A stretch of 64,000 nt of DNA from positions 4,192,001 to 4,256,000 of the forward strand of contig OZ241986.1 of assembly GCA_965204375.1 (NCBI GenBank). The letters are read 5' to 3'. The stretch is from Candidatus Latescibacterota bacterium. GTDB lineage: Bacteria; Latescibacterota; UBA2968. Below the pieces are notes generated by a model. It had not been told where the DNA came from. It saw nothing but the letters and a program-made list of their open reading frames with translations, and made no database searches. The translations under genes were made by a program, and so were the position numbers. Each line of letters opens with the position of its first letter. Position 1 is the stretch's first letter. This document shows, piece after piece, positions 20,400 to 30,554 of the stretch.

Positions 20400-20428
20400 A
20401 TTATATGCAATCAAAATGGTAGTGTCAA
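20400..20428 (-). promoter_or_regulatory. Perfect-consensus sigma70 promoter for the surface-protein operon
   Basis: Minus strand reads TTGACA-ctaccattttgattgca (17 nt)-TATAAT. Confidence 0.85.
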
Positions 20429-20485
20429 GCGTTTTTTGTATCATAATGATATGATCATAAAAAAGAATGGTAAGATTCCAGCTTC

Positions 20486-20953
20486 TTAAAGAACTTTCAA
20501 AATATACGTCATAATTGCCAACACGATTGTCAGGCAAGCAGTCACAATGCCCGCACTCCAATATATCCGTGTCGCAAGCGCATCAAATCTATTGTCCATA
20601 CGCAACCCCATCGCATCGAAATGCTCATCAACCTTATCGACCTTCTCATCAATCTTATCAAACCTATCATCCACATAAATTCGCAACTCTTTTACCGTGT
20701 TGTCAATACGCTCAACCGTTGTTTCCAGCCTGACAAGACGCTTGTCAATGTTGCCAATCACGATTTCATTCTGGCGGATGCGTTCCGCATTCTGCGTTAT
20801 CTGTTTGTCCAACCGCTTTAACACCTCATCCTGAACCGCGCGATGGGCGTCTAACCTCTCGAATATGCCAATCTGAGTTTCATGGTATCCCTCAAATTGT
20901 TTGGACATCATTTCAATAGCTGTTTCAATACGGCTTTCGTCAACCTCAGCCAT
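20486..20953 (-). CDS. Small coiled-coil protein with C-terminal TM helix (DUF1640/XhlA-like)
   Basis: Heptad pattern (VDDRFDKIDEKVDKVDEHFD), hydrophobic C-terminus, GAGGAGG RBS. Confidence 0.75.
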   Translation of the reverse strand: MAEVDESRIETAIEMMSKQFEGYHETQIGIFERLDAHRAVQDEVLKRLDKQITQNAERIRQNEIVIGNIDKRLVRLETTVERIDNTVKELRIYVDDRFDKIDEKVDKVDEHFDAMGLRMDNRFDALATRIYWSAGIVTACLTIVLAIMTYILKVL

Positions 20954-21102
20954 TGGAATACCTCCTCTAATTAACGACTGGCGAGTGCTCTATTACAGAA
21001 TATAACATCCTGTGTGTAGCTCATCAAGTCATTTGAAAAAAATTGACCTTTGCGCCGAATCCTATTCGACGCAGGTGTACACCCGCCATCAAATGATGAA
21101 AG

Positions 21103-22029
21103 TCAAAGGTGAATGGCATCGGTAACAGCCGCGAAAATGCTATCGGGATCGAGACCGCCGCGTGCCCGCAAATAGTATTGATCGCCAGACACGCCTTTTG
21201 TGCTGCCCTCTGGCAGACTAAACGGCAACAGCGCGGCGCGATCTCCCGACAATTGCGCCAGACAAGACGCCACGGCCTCGCTTAGGCCGCCGATAGGCCC
21301 GTGCTCTTCGAGCGTACACAAAAGCGTGGCTCGTCGCGCAGCCGCGGTGACATAAGCCGTATTCAGCGGCTTGAGAAATGGCACACTCGTCACCCCCGCA
21401 TCAACGCCCTGTTGGGCGAGTTGCTCGGCGACCTGCAATGCGGACTCCAGCATACCGCCCGTACTCAGCAGGATCACATCGTTGCCCTCTTGTACTTCAA
21501 TCACCTCCCCGATCTCAAGCGATGGAACCGCATCGTGCAAAATGGCTTCGCCCGCCTTGCCCAGACGCAAAAAGCCCGGACCCGGATGATCGACCAGCGC
21601 ACGGGTCAACGCGCGAACCTCTAAAGGATCGCCCGGCGCGGCCACCACCATATTCGGCAACGACCGCATCACCGCCAGATCTTCAACCGCGTGATGGCTA
21701 TACCCCTGGGCACCATAAGCCACGCCCCCTCCGACGGACACAACAGTTACATTGCAATCGTGGTAACAGACATCATTCCTGATCTGCTCGAGACAACGCA
21801 ACGTCGGAAAATTTGCAATAGAGTAACAAAACGCGACATAACCGCCCTGCGCCAGCCCGGCTGCAATACCGATCATATTCTGCTCGGCAACCCCCACATT
21901 GACAAACCTGTTGGGAAACCGCTCAAAAAAAGGTTCCAGCACAGAATAACCCAGATCCCCACACAACAAAAAGATGCGATCATCCGCATCAGCCAGTTCC
22001 AGCAGCGTATTAATAAACATCGTCCGCAT
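21103..22029 (-). CDS. Transketolase, C-terminal (pyrimidine-binding) half
   Basis: MRTMFINTL...GDLGY, NVGVAEQNMIG, SHHAVED, EEHGPIGGL; start overlaps the upstream stop (TGATG). Confidence 0.9.
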   Translation of the reverse strand: MRTMFINTLLELADADDRIFLLCGDLGYSVLEPFFERFPNRFVNVGVAEQNMIGIAAGLAQGGYVAFCYSIANFPTLRCLEQIRNDVCYHDCNVTVVSVGGGVAYGAQGYSHHAVEDLAVMRSLPNMVVAAPGDPLEVRALTRALVDHPGPGFLRLGKAGEAILHDAVPSLEIGEVIEVQEGNDVILLSTGGMLESALQVAEQLAQQGVDAGVTSVPFLKPLNTAYVTAAARRATLLCTLEEHGPIGGLSEAVASCLAQLSGDRAALLPFSLPEGSTKGVSGDQYYLRARGGLDPDSIFAAVTDAIHL

Positions 22030-22850
22030 CACCCACCCCCCACCTCTCGCAGTGCCGCGGCGAGTTGGTCGTCGTCGGGATTGCGGTAATGCCAGAGCAA
22101 ATCGTCCTCCATAAAACTCACGCCCTTGCCCTTCACCGTATGCGCGATCAACGCCAGAGGACAATCAGCACTCGCATCCGCACTTTGCAAAGCATCATCG
22201 ATAGCGACCAGATCGTGACCATCAATCTCCAAAACCCGCCAGCCAAAAGCCCGCCACTTATCTGCGAGCGGCTCCAGATTGAGAACCTCTGCAACCGTGC
22301 CAAAACTCTGAATTTTATTATAATCGATTATAACCGTCAAATTACCGAGCCGGTGGTGCGGTGCAAAAAGCGCCGCCTCCCAGATAGACCCCTCGTCGCA
22401 TTCTCCATCACTCAGCAAAACAAAACAACGGTACGGATCGGACGCCCTGCGCCCGGCCAATGCCATGCCGCAGCCGATGGAAAGCCCGTGCCCAAGCGAA
22501 CCCGTTGACACCTCCACGCCCGGCACACCCAGATGGTTAATATGCCCGGTCAGGGGAGAACCATCCGCGCAATAGCGGTCCAACCATTCCACCGGAAAAA
22601 ACCCGCGTTCTGCCAGCGCCGCATACAAAATCGCAGTACCGTGCCCCTTGCTCAAAACAAATCGGTCGCGCCCGGACCAATCGGGACGCTTTGGGTCAAT
22701 CCTCAGCGTGCGACAATACAACACCGCCAGCAAATCGGCCATAGACAAACAGGTACCGATATGCGAAGCCCCCGCGTGATGCACCATACACAGCGCATGC
22801 CGACGAATCCTCGCGGCGAATGTGGCAATGTGTTCAACAGTCTCGTTCAT
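22029..22850 (-). CDS. Transketolase, N-terminal (ThDP-binding) half
   Basis: RDRFVLSKGH, TGSLGHG, SDGECDEGSIWEA, HTVKGKG. Confidence 0.92.
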   Translation of the reverse strand: MNETVEHIATFAARIRRHALCMVHHAGASHIGTCLSMADLLAVLYCRTLRIDPKRPDWSGRDRFVLSKGHGTAILYAALAERGFFPVEWLDRYCADGSPLTGHINHLGVPGVEVSTGSLGHGLSIGCGMALAGRRASDPYRCFVLLSDGECDEGSIWEAALFAPHHRLGNLTVIIDYNKIQSFGTVAEVLNLEPLADKWRAFGWRVLEIDGHDLVAIDDALQSADASADCPLALIAHTVKGKGVSFMEDDLLWHYRNPDDDQLAAALREVGGG

Positions 22851-22876
22851 AAAGATCTCTATATGTCATCCAGCTT

Positions 22877-23836
22877 TTAGCTTTCCTCATCTGGAGGTTC
22901 AAAATTGATGCGTAGCACATCGTCCATCACCGGACCCCGACGAACCTGTGAATGAATTGCGGCAATGTACTCCCCCAGGATACCGATAAAGAACAACTGC
23001 ACCCCACCGAAGAAGAACAAACCAACGACCAGAGTCGCAATCCCGTCCGGTGCTATGCCGAGAAAAACCAGATTAATTATCAACTGAATCAAAGCGTAAA
23101 CGATACTCCCGGCGGCCAATGTGAACCCGACAAAAACGCTCAACCGCATGGGTATGTTCGATGTTGAGACCAATCCGTTAAATGCCTGGTCAATAAGGTT
23201 GTAGAACCTGTTCTTGGACTTTCCTGAACGGCGCTTCTGCCACTCGTAATCCACGCCAATGGCGCGTTGTCCGCACTGAGCGATCAGTCCGCGGATATAG
23301 GGGTAGTAATCATCCACCACAGAGAGACGGTCAGCCACCGAACGGTCAATAAGTTGGAACTCGCCCGTGTCGAGCGGAATATTGATATCAGCCATGCGGG
23401 ACACGAGGCGGTAATAGAGCCAGCGCGCCCCGCGCAGCCAAAACTGTTCTCGACGTTTCCGGCGCACACCGTACACCACTTTGTAGCCAGCCTTCCATTG
23501 CCGCACAAATTCGGCGATAATGGCGGGCGGATCTTGAAGGTCCGCGGCTAATTGGACGACGACCGCGTCGCCCGAGGCGCTCCTCAAGGCATTAAAGGTA
23601 TTGCGAAACGGCCCCAGGTTGCGTGCATTGACAATAATTTTCACGCGCTGGTCGTCTCGTGCCATAGCCAACAGTTTTTTGACGGTCTCGTCGTGTGAGG
23701 CGTTGTCCGAAAAAATGTGCTCATATTCATACTCGGGCAACTGTTCTCGGAACACTTTGCGGACTTCGTCACGGCAGGTCTCGACATTATCCTCTTCGTT
23801 AAAACAGGGCGTGATAATAGAAATAAGGGTGGACAT
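22877..23836 (-). CDS. GT2 polyprenyl-phosphate glycosyltransferase (GtrB/ArnC-like)
   Basis: ISIITPCFNEE, DNAS, ADLQDPP, two C-terminal TM helices, IGILGEYI. Confidence 0.9.
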   Translation of the reverse strand: MSTLISIITPCFNEEDNVETCRDEVRKVFREQLPEYEYEHIFSDNASHDETVKKLLAMARDDQRVKIIVNARNLGPFRNTFNALRSASGDAVVVQLAADLQDPPAIIAEFVRQWKAGYKVVYGVRRKRREQFWLRGARWLYYRLVSRMADINIPLDTGEFQLIDRSVADRLSVVDDYYPYIRGLIAQCGQRAIGVDYEWQKRRSGKSKNRFYNLIDQAFNGLVSTSNIPMRLSVFVGFTLAAGSIVYALIQLIINLVFLGIAPDGIATLVVGLFFFGGVQLFFIGILGEYIAAIHSQVRRGPVMDDVLRINFEPPDEES

Positions 23837-23962
23837 ATACGTCGTCCCTACATTGTGTAGATAGGTCTCAGATTTGTATTTGGCTTCATGGAGGCCCGCG
23901 CTCTTCAAGCGCACACAAAAGCACAGCCCGCCGCGCAACCGCAGTGACATAAGGGGATACCT

Positions 23963-24883
23963 TCAACGGTTTCGCGCATCGAAATCCCTCACAGTTTCCG
24001 CAAGCCCGTCGCGCAGCGACCAACGGGGAACCCAGCCAGTTACCTTCGTCAAACGCGCAATGTCCGCTTGCAGGTGCATGACTTGATCCCTTCTGAAGGG
24101 CACCTCACCAAAACCCAGTTCTGCACCGGGTGCCGCGAGATCCCGCAGTGTCTCGACCGTTTCCTTCAGCGGAGGAGCCTGACCCGATCCGAGGTTGAAA
24201 ACACCTTCTGCTCCAGCCGTGAGAGCAACGCCCGCGATGGCCGCTGCAGCATCTTCGCCATAGAGATAATCCCACCGCTGTTCGCAAGTAGTCAGACTGG
24301 GACGCTCGCCCTTTCGCAACGCAGACAGAATATAGGGAAACAACCAGCCGCCATTATCTTCGGGACCATAAGTCGAGAAAATTCTGATATAGGCAAAACG
24401 CACACCGCGTTGGACACAAATTGCCCCACACATCTGACCGGCAGCCAGCTTGGCCATACCATATAGCGTCGTGGGACGAGTCGGCACGGTCTCATCAACC
24501 AGCCTGTTGGCTGCACCGTATTCCGCCTGTGATCCCAGCCCAACGAATGCGCTGATGCCGAGTTCAGCGGATAGCACCGCGAGCCTCGTAGTCGATACGA
24601 TGTTCTCCGCCTGACGCGGGTTGTCGCGCTCGGTATTGCTCACTCCGTCCCACGCGGCGTGAATGACACCTTGTGGTTGGAAGTCTGCGAGCGCGTCTCG
24701 CCAGCTACTGGCCTCCTCCATCCGCCCATCTATCAGTATCGTCTGCTCCAGGCAATCGCGGACGCGCCACAGATCGCTTTCGGGGCGAACCAATGCGGCC
24801 ACGGTATGCCCTTCACGCAACAGGTGGCGAAGAATTTTTGATCCGAGAAAACCGGTCGCACCGGTAAGAAAAAAGCGTGTCAT
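23963..24883 (-). CDS. NAD-dependent nucleotide-sugar epimerase/reductase
   Basis: TGATGFLG, GSQAEYG, YGMAK. Confidence 0.88.
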   Translation of the reverse strand: MTRFFLTGATGFLGSKILRHLLREGHTVAALVRPESDLWRVRDCLEQTILIDGRMEEASSWRDALADFQPQGVIHAAWDGVSNTERDNPRQAENIVSTTRLAVLSAELGISAFVGLGSQAEYGAANRLVDETVPTRPTTLYGMAKLAAGQMCGAICVQRGVRFAYIRIFSTYGPEDNGGWLFPYILSALRKGERPSLTTCEQRWDYLYGEDAAAAIAGVALTAGAEGVFNLGSGQAPPLKETVETLRDLAAPGAELGFGEVPFRRDQVMHLQADIARLTKVTGWVPRWSLRDGLAETVRDFDARNR

Positions 24884-24919
24884 TATATAATAGTGGATAG
24901 TGTTGCGACAATCAGCACA

Positions 24920-26017
24920 TTATGCAAACAGAACACCTTTCGCCCCTTCCAGAGCGCGACTGACCGCAATCATACCGCGGTGAATCCGCTCGTATGCGGG
25001 TTGACGCCCTGGTAAATCCGGGTAAGCGAAACGATGCCGATGCACGGTTTTCGACAACGCGATCCGCAGGAACGACAACGCGCATCGCAATCGAAACCCA
25101 TCTTCCTGCGCCGCCGGGCCATAGCCTCGCAGAAAAGCAGCATAGCGACGCGGCGGATGGAAAGTCAACCACATGGCGACATCAAAGGCGGGGTCGCCAA
25201 TTAAGGCATCCTCCCAGTCAATCAGAGCCACCACAGCGTTATTCTGAACAAAAATATTGTGGTTGCCCAGATCGCCGTGTAACAACCGCGCCGGCACATC
25301 AATACAGACTGCGGCATGATCGGTGAAAATTTCCAATATCGCCTCTGACTGGCCCGAAGTGATCGCACCAATCGCCCGACATCCCGCGACATGCATCTCC
25401 AAATTGAGCATCATGTAGTCGCGCCAGTCGGAATGGAGGCCGCACAACTTCTCGCCATTGTCCGTTTGCAGACCAATCGGCCCACCACCATGCCCTTTTA
25501 TCGCGTGCAGATCGCGCATAACTTGCCCCACGCTACGCAAAAGGGCGGGACATTCGCACACAGTTTCCGGCAGATCGCACAATGCCTCACCCGGTGCCAT
25601 ATCCAAAATTGCAAGATCGAACGGCACAACGCGCTTTGCCCCAACCGCAACTGCTCGTACGGACACATGCGGCACACGGGTACCCATCAAATACGATGCG
25701 ACCACCGCTTCAATATTCAACGTATCATCGGGATCCATCACGTCGGGACGACTGGAACGCACGACCAGCGGCGGCAGGCTACCACGCACGATATGTACCA
25801 GGTGAAACGTGCCCTGTCGCGGTGCAGGCGTCACGTCAATTGGGTCCAATCCGAGCAAAGACTTAACGGCGGTCTCAATCATCGGCGTGCGACGCACAGC
25901 CTCATCCTGCGCCGTATCTCGCAATCGCCTCAACCGCACATCATCGCACGCGATATCCGTCTTCGCGTAGAACCATGTTCGGCGCACATCGCCATTAGCT
26001 AAGTCGTCTTTCTTCAT
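24920..26017 (-). CDS. Aminoglycoside-phosphotransferase/choline-kinase-like kinase
   Basis: Brenner motif LLHGDLGNHN and IDWED...GDPAFD. Confidence 0.8.
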   Translation of the reverse strand: MKKDDLANGDVRRTWFYAKTDIACDDVRLRRLRDTAQDEAVRRTPMIETAVKSLLGLDPIDVTPAPRQGTFHLVHIVRGSLPPLVVRSSRPDVMDPDDTLNIEAVVASYLMGTRVPHVSVRAVAVGAKRVVPFDLAILDMAPGEALCDLPETVCECPALLRSVGQVMRDLHAIKGHGGGPIGLQTDNGEKLCGLHSDWRDYMMLNLEMHVAGCRAIGAITSGQSEAILEIFTDHAAVCIDVPARLLHGDLGNHNIFVQNNAVVALIDWEDALIGDPAFDVAMWLTFHPPRRYAAFLRGYGPAAQEDGFRLRCALSFLRIALSKTVHRHRFAYPDLPGRQPAYERIHRGMIAVSRALEGAKGVLFA

Positions 26018-26024
26018 GGTAGGC

Positions 26025-26954
26025 CTAAGCGAGGTCCTCATAATTGAGCAAGGAAAGCATCGGAGCGCAACGGCTCTTGATTTCGGCTTTCTGATCTGCG
26101 GACAGTTCATTCATAGTAGCGGCATTGACCTCGGTCGTCGGCACTCGAATCGTCCCCCAGGGATAGACCTCATCCATTGGCTGACCATTCCAGGAGGGTT
26201 GTAGCAGCGTGTCGGAAAACGCAATGCCCAGTACGTCGGCCAGTTTGCCCATAGTCTCGTGAGGATTGGCGATGAGATCTTCAAAACGCACAATGTGAAA
26301 ACGGTCCGGGTAACGTCCAGCCAGCATCAAGGCGTGATGCTGCATGAACGCCCAGGTCATGGCGTAGCGCGAAATAGACAGCGGAAAAGGCCGCTTGACG
26401 GTATCGGCATAAGCCGACCACGGATTGCGAACCACATGGATGATGTGCCCATTGGGAAAGTCCGCGAGAATCTGTTCGCCATCGAACCCGATAACCGGAC
26501 TGTAGCCCACAATGCCGGTCTCGCTACCGCTCACCTGTTCATTTTCCCAGGCATCGAAAGTTGCCTGAAAAAAAGCCGCGACAATATTGCCCCGCGTGCG
26601 CGGTTGAGTCGCTAAGAGTTCGCAAAACCGCCGCTTGCGCTCGGACTCATCCATCACCAGGTCGGCACCGCGGAACTTACTGACCTTTCGATTGCGTAGA
26701 AAAGTCTTGAGTTCCTCATCAAAGAACAGTTCGTAATCCTCATCCGGGTCGGACGATACGGGAAAATCGGGATAACGGTATTTGAAGGGAAAAAGAGAGG
26801 ACAGAAAATCACTGCAACGGGCATTGCCGAGTTGCGACTCAAAGGGATAAACGTGAAGTGCTGAATGCCCATCCAGGAACCGATGCGTCACATTTCCACC
26901 ATTTTCATACATTGCAGAAATCATGATGAGATTAAAAGTGTTGGTATCGTTCAT
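26025..26954 (-). CDS. Sulfotransferase-family protein (atypical 5'-PSB)
   Basis: IIHVVRNPWSAYAD, IVRFEDLIANP; N-terminal AMYENGG in place of the usual RSGT. Confidence 0.7.
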   Translation of the reverse strand: MNDTNTFNLIMISAMYENGGNVTHRFLDGHSALHVYPFESQLGNARCSDFLSSLFPFKYRYPDFPVSSDPDEDYELFFDEELKTFLRNRKVSKFRGADLVMDESERKRRFCELLATQPRTRGNIVAAFFQATFDAWENEQVSGSETGIVGYSPVIGFDGEQILADFPNGHIIHVVRNPWSAYADTVKRPFPLSISRYAMTWAFMQHHALMLAGRYPDRFHIVRFEDLIANPHETMGKLADVLGIAFSDTLLQPSWNGQPMDEVYPWGTIRVPTTEVNAATMNELSADQKAEIKSRCAPMLSLLNYEDLA

Positions 26955-27051
26955 TTTTTATTTCCTTACTTGAGTTTTCATATAAGCGCGGACCTGTTTA
27001 CGGGTCACACGCCTCATGTTCGTATCCTTTGAAGACCGTACATTCCCTGAA

Positions 27052-27669
27052 TCAAGTCCAACACTCCATGACGATATGGGCATATTTGAATCTTAAGAAA
27101 TCGTATTTCAGATGAACGCGAACGTGGGGAAACACCGACTCTGCGAGATACCTGTATTCGGGTACCGTTCTGATATGTTGTCCTCTGTCAAACCGGATCA
27201 TCGTTTTCGCCAGCAACGTCTGACCGTCCGTCACGCAGGGATCCAGAGTCACCAGACGCCCCCCCAACCGCAGGACCGCCCCAACCTTTTCGAAAAGGAC
27301 CACGACTTCGTCGTCATTCAAATGATGGAGAAGCGTAAAGGCCAAAGCGACATCGAACTTTTCCTCATCATCAAATTTTTCCGCGTTGACATCTCTGCAC
27401 CGAAAAATTCCCCTTTCACCATAGCGTGCCCTTGCCTGCCGGACATAGTTATAGTTCAAATCAAGGCCGATGTAGTCAACAGGTGGCATATACGCCAGGG
27501 CAAAACCGGTACCACAACCAATGTCCAGAACGCGCTGACCCGTTTCAACGCGAACATGGCGTTCTAAAATATCCTTACGTCCAGCGTAAGCACCAACGAG
27601 TTTCTGAAGACAGTCGTAAACGAACGGAACCGACAATATTTGCCTCAAACCCGTCGTAACCTGAGACAT
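27052..27669 (-). CDS. Class I SAM-dependent methyltransferase
   Basis: VLDIGCGTG, LLHHL; probable start ATG 27669. Confidence 0.88.
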   Translation of the reverse strand: MSQVTTGLRQILSVPFVYDCLQKLVGAYAGRKDILERHVRVETGQRVLDIGCGTGFALAYMPPVDYIGLDLNYNYVRQARARYGERGIFRCRDVNAEKFDDEEKFDVALAFTLLHHLNDDEVVVLFEKVGAVLRLGGRLVTLDPCVTDGQTLLAKTMIRFDRGQHIRTVPEYRYLAESVFPHVRVHLKYDFLRFKYAHIVMECWT

Positions 27670-27718
27670 GTAGAAGTACCCTTTAAAATTATTACTGCGG
27701 CACGGATCTTCGCGAGAC

Positions 27719-29479
27719 TCAAGGATTGGTGCTCTTACGGCGCAAAATATGCACGCCACCTGCCGCAGGTAAAGGCTCAAATTCGTGTCGAGATAGCTCA
27801 GCCCGTTGTGTTGTATGGTGATACACGTCCAATACCGCGGTCGCGTCGTAGTGCGTCTTAATTCTGTCCCAGTACTTCTGTTGCACCGGCCCAAAAACAA
27901 CAATCCAGTCGGGATCACATTGCCCAATGTAGAGAGACGCACGCAATGAATCGACTCTATCGCTCGGCAAGGGCGAATCTCTATCGAGCACACCGCAAAA
28001 CTTTATGCGATGACCAATGTAGAACGTCAGTTCCTCGCGTCCAATATAATACCCCGGAACATATATCAAATCGTCCTGTTCGGTATGTTGTAGCAAATAA
28101 TCGGCAACAGCCTGTATGGAATCGCGGTAAGGACGGTGAATTTCCCGGATGAACTGAAAAAGGTGAAAACCGAGTGTTCGCTCGCCAGTGTACACCGTAG
28201 GTATGTTGAAGGGCGCAGCCCCTGCGCTGGTAAACAGCAGGACAGAGATAACCGCCACACCCGCTATCTTCGACTTACGCCATATCGACTCGGCGAACAA
28301 CCCCTTCATCGCGAGCAGCAAAGGCAGCGCCGCCACGTAGTAGCGCAAATCAAGGGTCATCCCACGCAGCCAAACCGGTTGTACCGACAGCAGGGCCGAA
28401 AATAGCGCGAACAACGTGCCCAGAAACACAATTTTGCCGACTGCGATCACTGGCAGATCTTCACCACTCGCCTCTTTCGAAGCAGACTGTCTGTGTCTCG
28501 CACGCCTGACCTGCCTCGAGTGTTTGGCCGTTTTAGAAAGCCGCTTTCGCAAGACGAGGAACAACATGCCAGCAAACCATAAGAACACCGGCCATGAAAT
28601 CCAATCTGCGGCGAACAAGTCACGCACGCAAATCCAAATTCTAAGAAGAAACAGGGGTAGTGTGCCTTGATATTCTCCATAATCCCCGGTACGAAACGCT
28701 ACAGACGAATCGCTGTCCCCGCCGATTAGCCCGATAAAGACGAGATATGCCAGGCCAAGTGCGCCTATAATCAATCCACATGATCCAAAGGCCACCCATT
28801 CCCGAACCGTCGTCTCTCGGACGCGAAAGAGCAGGTGGTACCCGGCCAGCGCAAGCATCATCGCTGTTCCACACGCGTAGTGATTGAAAAATGCGAGTGC
28901 CGAAATTAATGTCACCACACCGAGACAAACGGGCTTTTTGGTCTGATAGTAGCGTTCATAAAAATAAAAACCGGCCATCATACACAGGATTGTAACCGCG
29001 TAATAGCGCGACTGGCGAAAATACAACAGCAGTTGCGCCGACCAGGCCACAAATAAAAATAAAAAGAACAACAAGCGCGGATGGTTTGGAAGATGTTGGC
29101 GCAAAATGAGATAAAAAAACACCAGTGCGAGAAACCCGACCAGCGCGTGCAGGATGCGCGCACTGGTCTCGTTGACGCCAAAGATGGCAAACCCCACCGC
29201 CGTGAGAACGTATTGCAGCGGTGGCGCGACATCGCGCAAATCCTCATTCAGTGATTTTCCATTGGGACCGCCCACGAGGTTTCGGCCATCCCAACCGACG
29301 ATGTCCCCCTGTTCCAGCAGATTCTTGCCGACAAAGCCGACCACCACCTCGTCGTGCCAGAGGCCAACGTAGTCCAGGTTCACCAGGCACAAATAGGCGG
29401 CCACGCCAAAAGCGCACAACGAAAGTGCCGGGTATGGCTGACCGCGTATCCGTTCGGATAGTCCTTTAACATTCACCAT
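27719..29479 (-). CDS. GT-C fold (ArnT/PMT-like, GT39/83) membrane glycosyltransferase
   Basis: LWHDE after TM1, PPLQY, multiple TM helices, RQSRYY. Confidence 0.82.
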   Translation of the reverse strand: MVNVKGLSERIRGQPYPALSLCAFGVAAYLCLVNLDYVGLWHDEVVVGFVGKNLLEQGDIVGWDGRNLVGGPNGKSLNEDLRDVAPPLQYVLTAVGFAIFGVNETSARILHALVGFLALVFFYLILRQHLPNHPRLLFFLFLFVAWSAQLLLYFRQSRYYAVTILCMMAGFYFYERYYQTKKPVCLGVVTLISALAFFNHYACGTAMMLALAGYHLLFRVRETTVREWVAFGSCGLIIGALGLAYLVFIGLIGGDSDSSVAFRTGDYGEYQGTLPLFLLRIWICVRDLFAADWISWPVFLWFAGMLFLVLRKRLSKTAKHSRQVRRARHRQSASKEASGEDLPVIAVGKIVFLGTLFALFSALLSVQPVWLRGMTLDLRYYVAALPLLLAMKGLFAESIWRKSKIAGVAVISVLLFTSAGAAPFNIPTVYTGERTLGFHLFQFIREIHRPYRDSIQAVADYLLQHTEQDDLIYVPGYYIGREELTFYIGHRIKFCGVLDRDSPLPSDRVDSLRASLYIGQCDPDWIVVFGPVQQKYWDRIKTHYDATAVLDVYHHTTQRAELSRHEFEPLPAAGGVHILRRKSTNP

Positions 29480-30554
29480 GGACCTCATCAAAAGGCATTG
29501 CTCGTGTTTCCATATAAGCGCAGATCTGCTCACGGGTCACGCGGCCCATATCCGCGTCCCTCAAATGCGCCCTGTACCAATCAACCGTCATCTTCAAAGT
29601 CGTCGTCAAATCCAGCCGAGGGCACCAGTCCAACGCCGTCATCGCCTTTGTACTATCGATGGACAACAACCGCGTCTCAGGCGGATAATCCCGACAATCA
29701 ATCCTGTACTGCGCCCCATTTCCCCACAACTCTGCCACAGCATCGACGACCTCTTGCACAGACCGCGCATTGCCCGGCAACGGACCAAAATTAAACGCAT
29801 CAGCCAGTTTTGCCTCACCTCTCAGCAACGCTTCCGCCAGAGCGATGTACCCACCGAGCGGTTCCAACACATGCTGCCAGGGGCGCACCGAATGGGGCGC
29901 GCGAATCAACAACACCTCCTCCGCCCCAAAAGCACGCACAGCATCGGGAATCAGCCGATCTCGCGCCCAATCGCCGCCGCCAATCACATTTCCCGCCCGC
30001 GCCGTAGCAATCAGCAAATCCCGCTTGTCCTCTCCGGTGAAAGCCCGTCGATACGCGTGCGTCAACAACTCGGCACACGCCTTGCTGCTGCTGTATGGGT
30101 CGTCCCCCCCCAGCCGATCATTTTCCCGATATCCCCAAACCCATTCCCTGCTCTCGTAACACTTATCCGTCGTCACCACGACCACCGCCCGCACACGCTC
30201 GCACGCGCGAGCCGCCTCCAGAACGTGAGCCGTACCCATAACATTCGTCGAATAAGTCCCAATGGGATCTGCATAGCCGCGTTGCACCAGCGGCTGCGCC
30301 GCAAGGTGGAACACGACCTCTGCTTTGCTGCGAGACAGAGCTTCGCGTAGCGTGGGCAGGTCCCGAACATCGGCTATTGTGCTATCGACAATGCGATCAA
30401 TACCCGCAGCCGCAAACAAATTCGGCTCAGATTCCGGCAACAGGCCATAACCAAAAACCTGCGCCCCAACCTCGCGCAGCCACAAACTCAGCCATCCGCC
30501 CTTGAACCCGGTATGCCCGGTCACAAAGACGCGCCTTCCCTGCCACACATTCAT
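29466..30554 (-). CDS. rfbG: CDP-glucose 4,6-dehydratase
   Basis: VTGHTGFKGGWL, HLAAQPLV, TTDKCYE, RAGNVIGGGDW, RPWQHVLEPL. Confidence 0.95.
   Translation of the reverse strand: MNVWQGRRVFVTGHTGFKGGWLSLWLREVGAQVFGYGLLPESEPNLFAAAGIDRIVDSTIADVRDLPTLREALSRSKAEVVFHLAAQPLVQRGYADPIGTYSTNVMGTAHVLEAARACERVRAVVVVTTDKCYESREWVWGYRENDRLGGDDPYSSSKACAELLTHAYRRAFTGEDKRDLLIATARAGNVIGGGDWARDRLIPDAVRAFGAEEVLLIRAPHSVRPWQHVLEPLGGYIALAEALLRGEAKLADAFNFGPLPGNARSVQEVVDAVAELWGNGAQYRIDCRDYPPETRLLSIDSTKAMTALDWCPRLDLTTTLKMTVDWYRAHLRDADMGRVTREQICAYMETRAMPFDEVHGEC

Noticed and set aside
24920-26017. APH-like kinase as an antibiotic-resistance gene
   Set aside because: Embedded in a sugar-biosynthesis cluster; only the generic kinase motifs are shared
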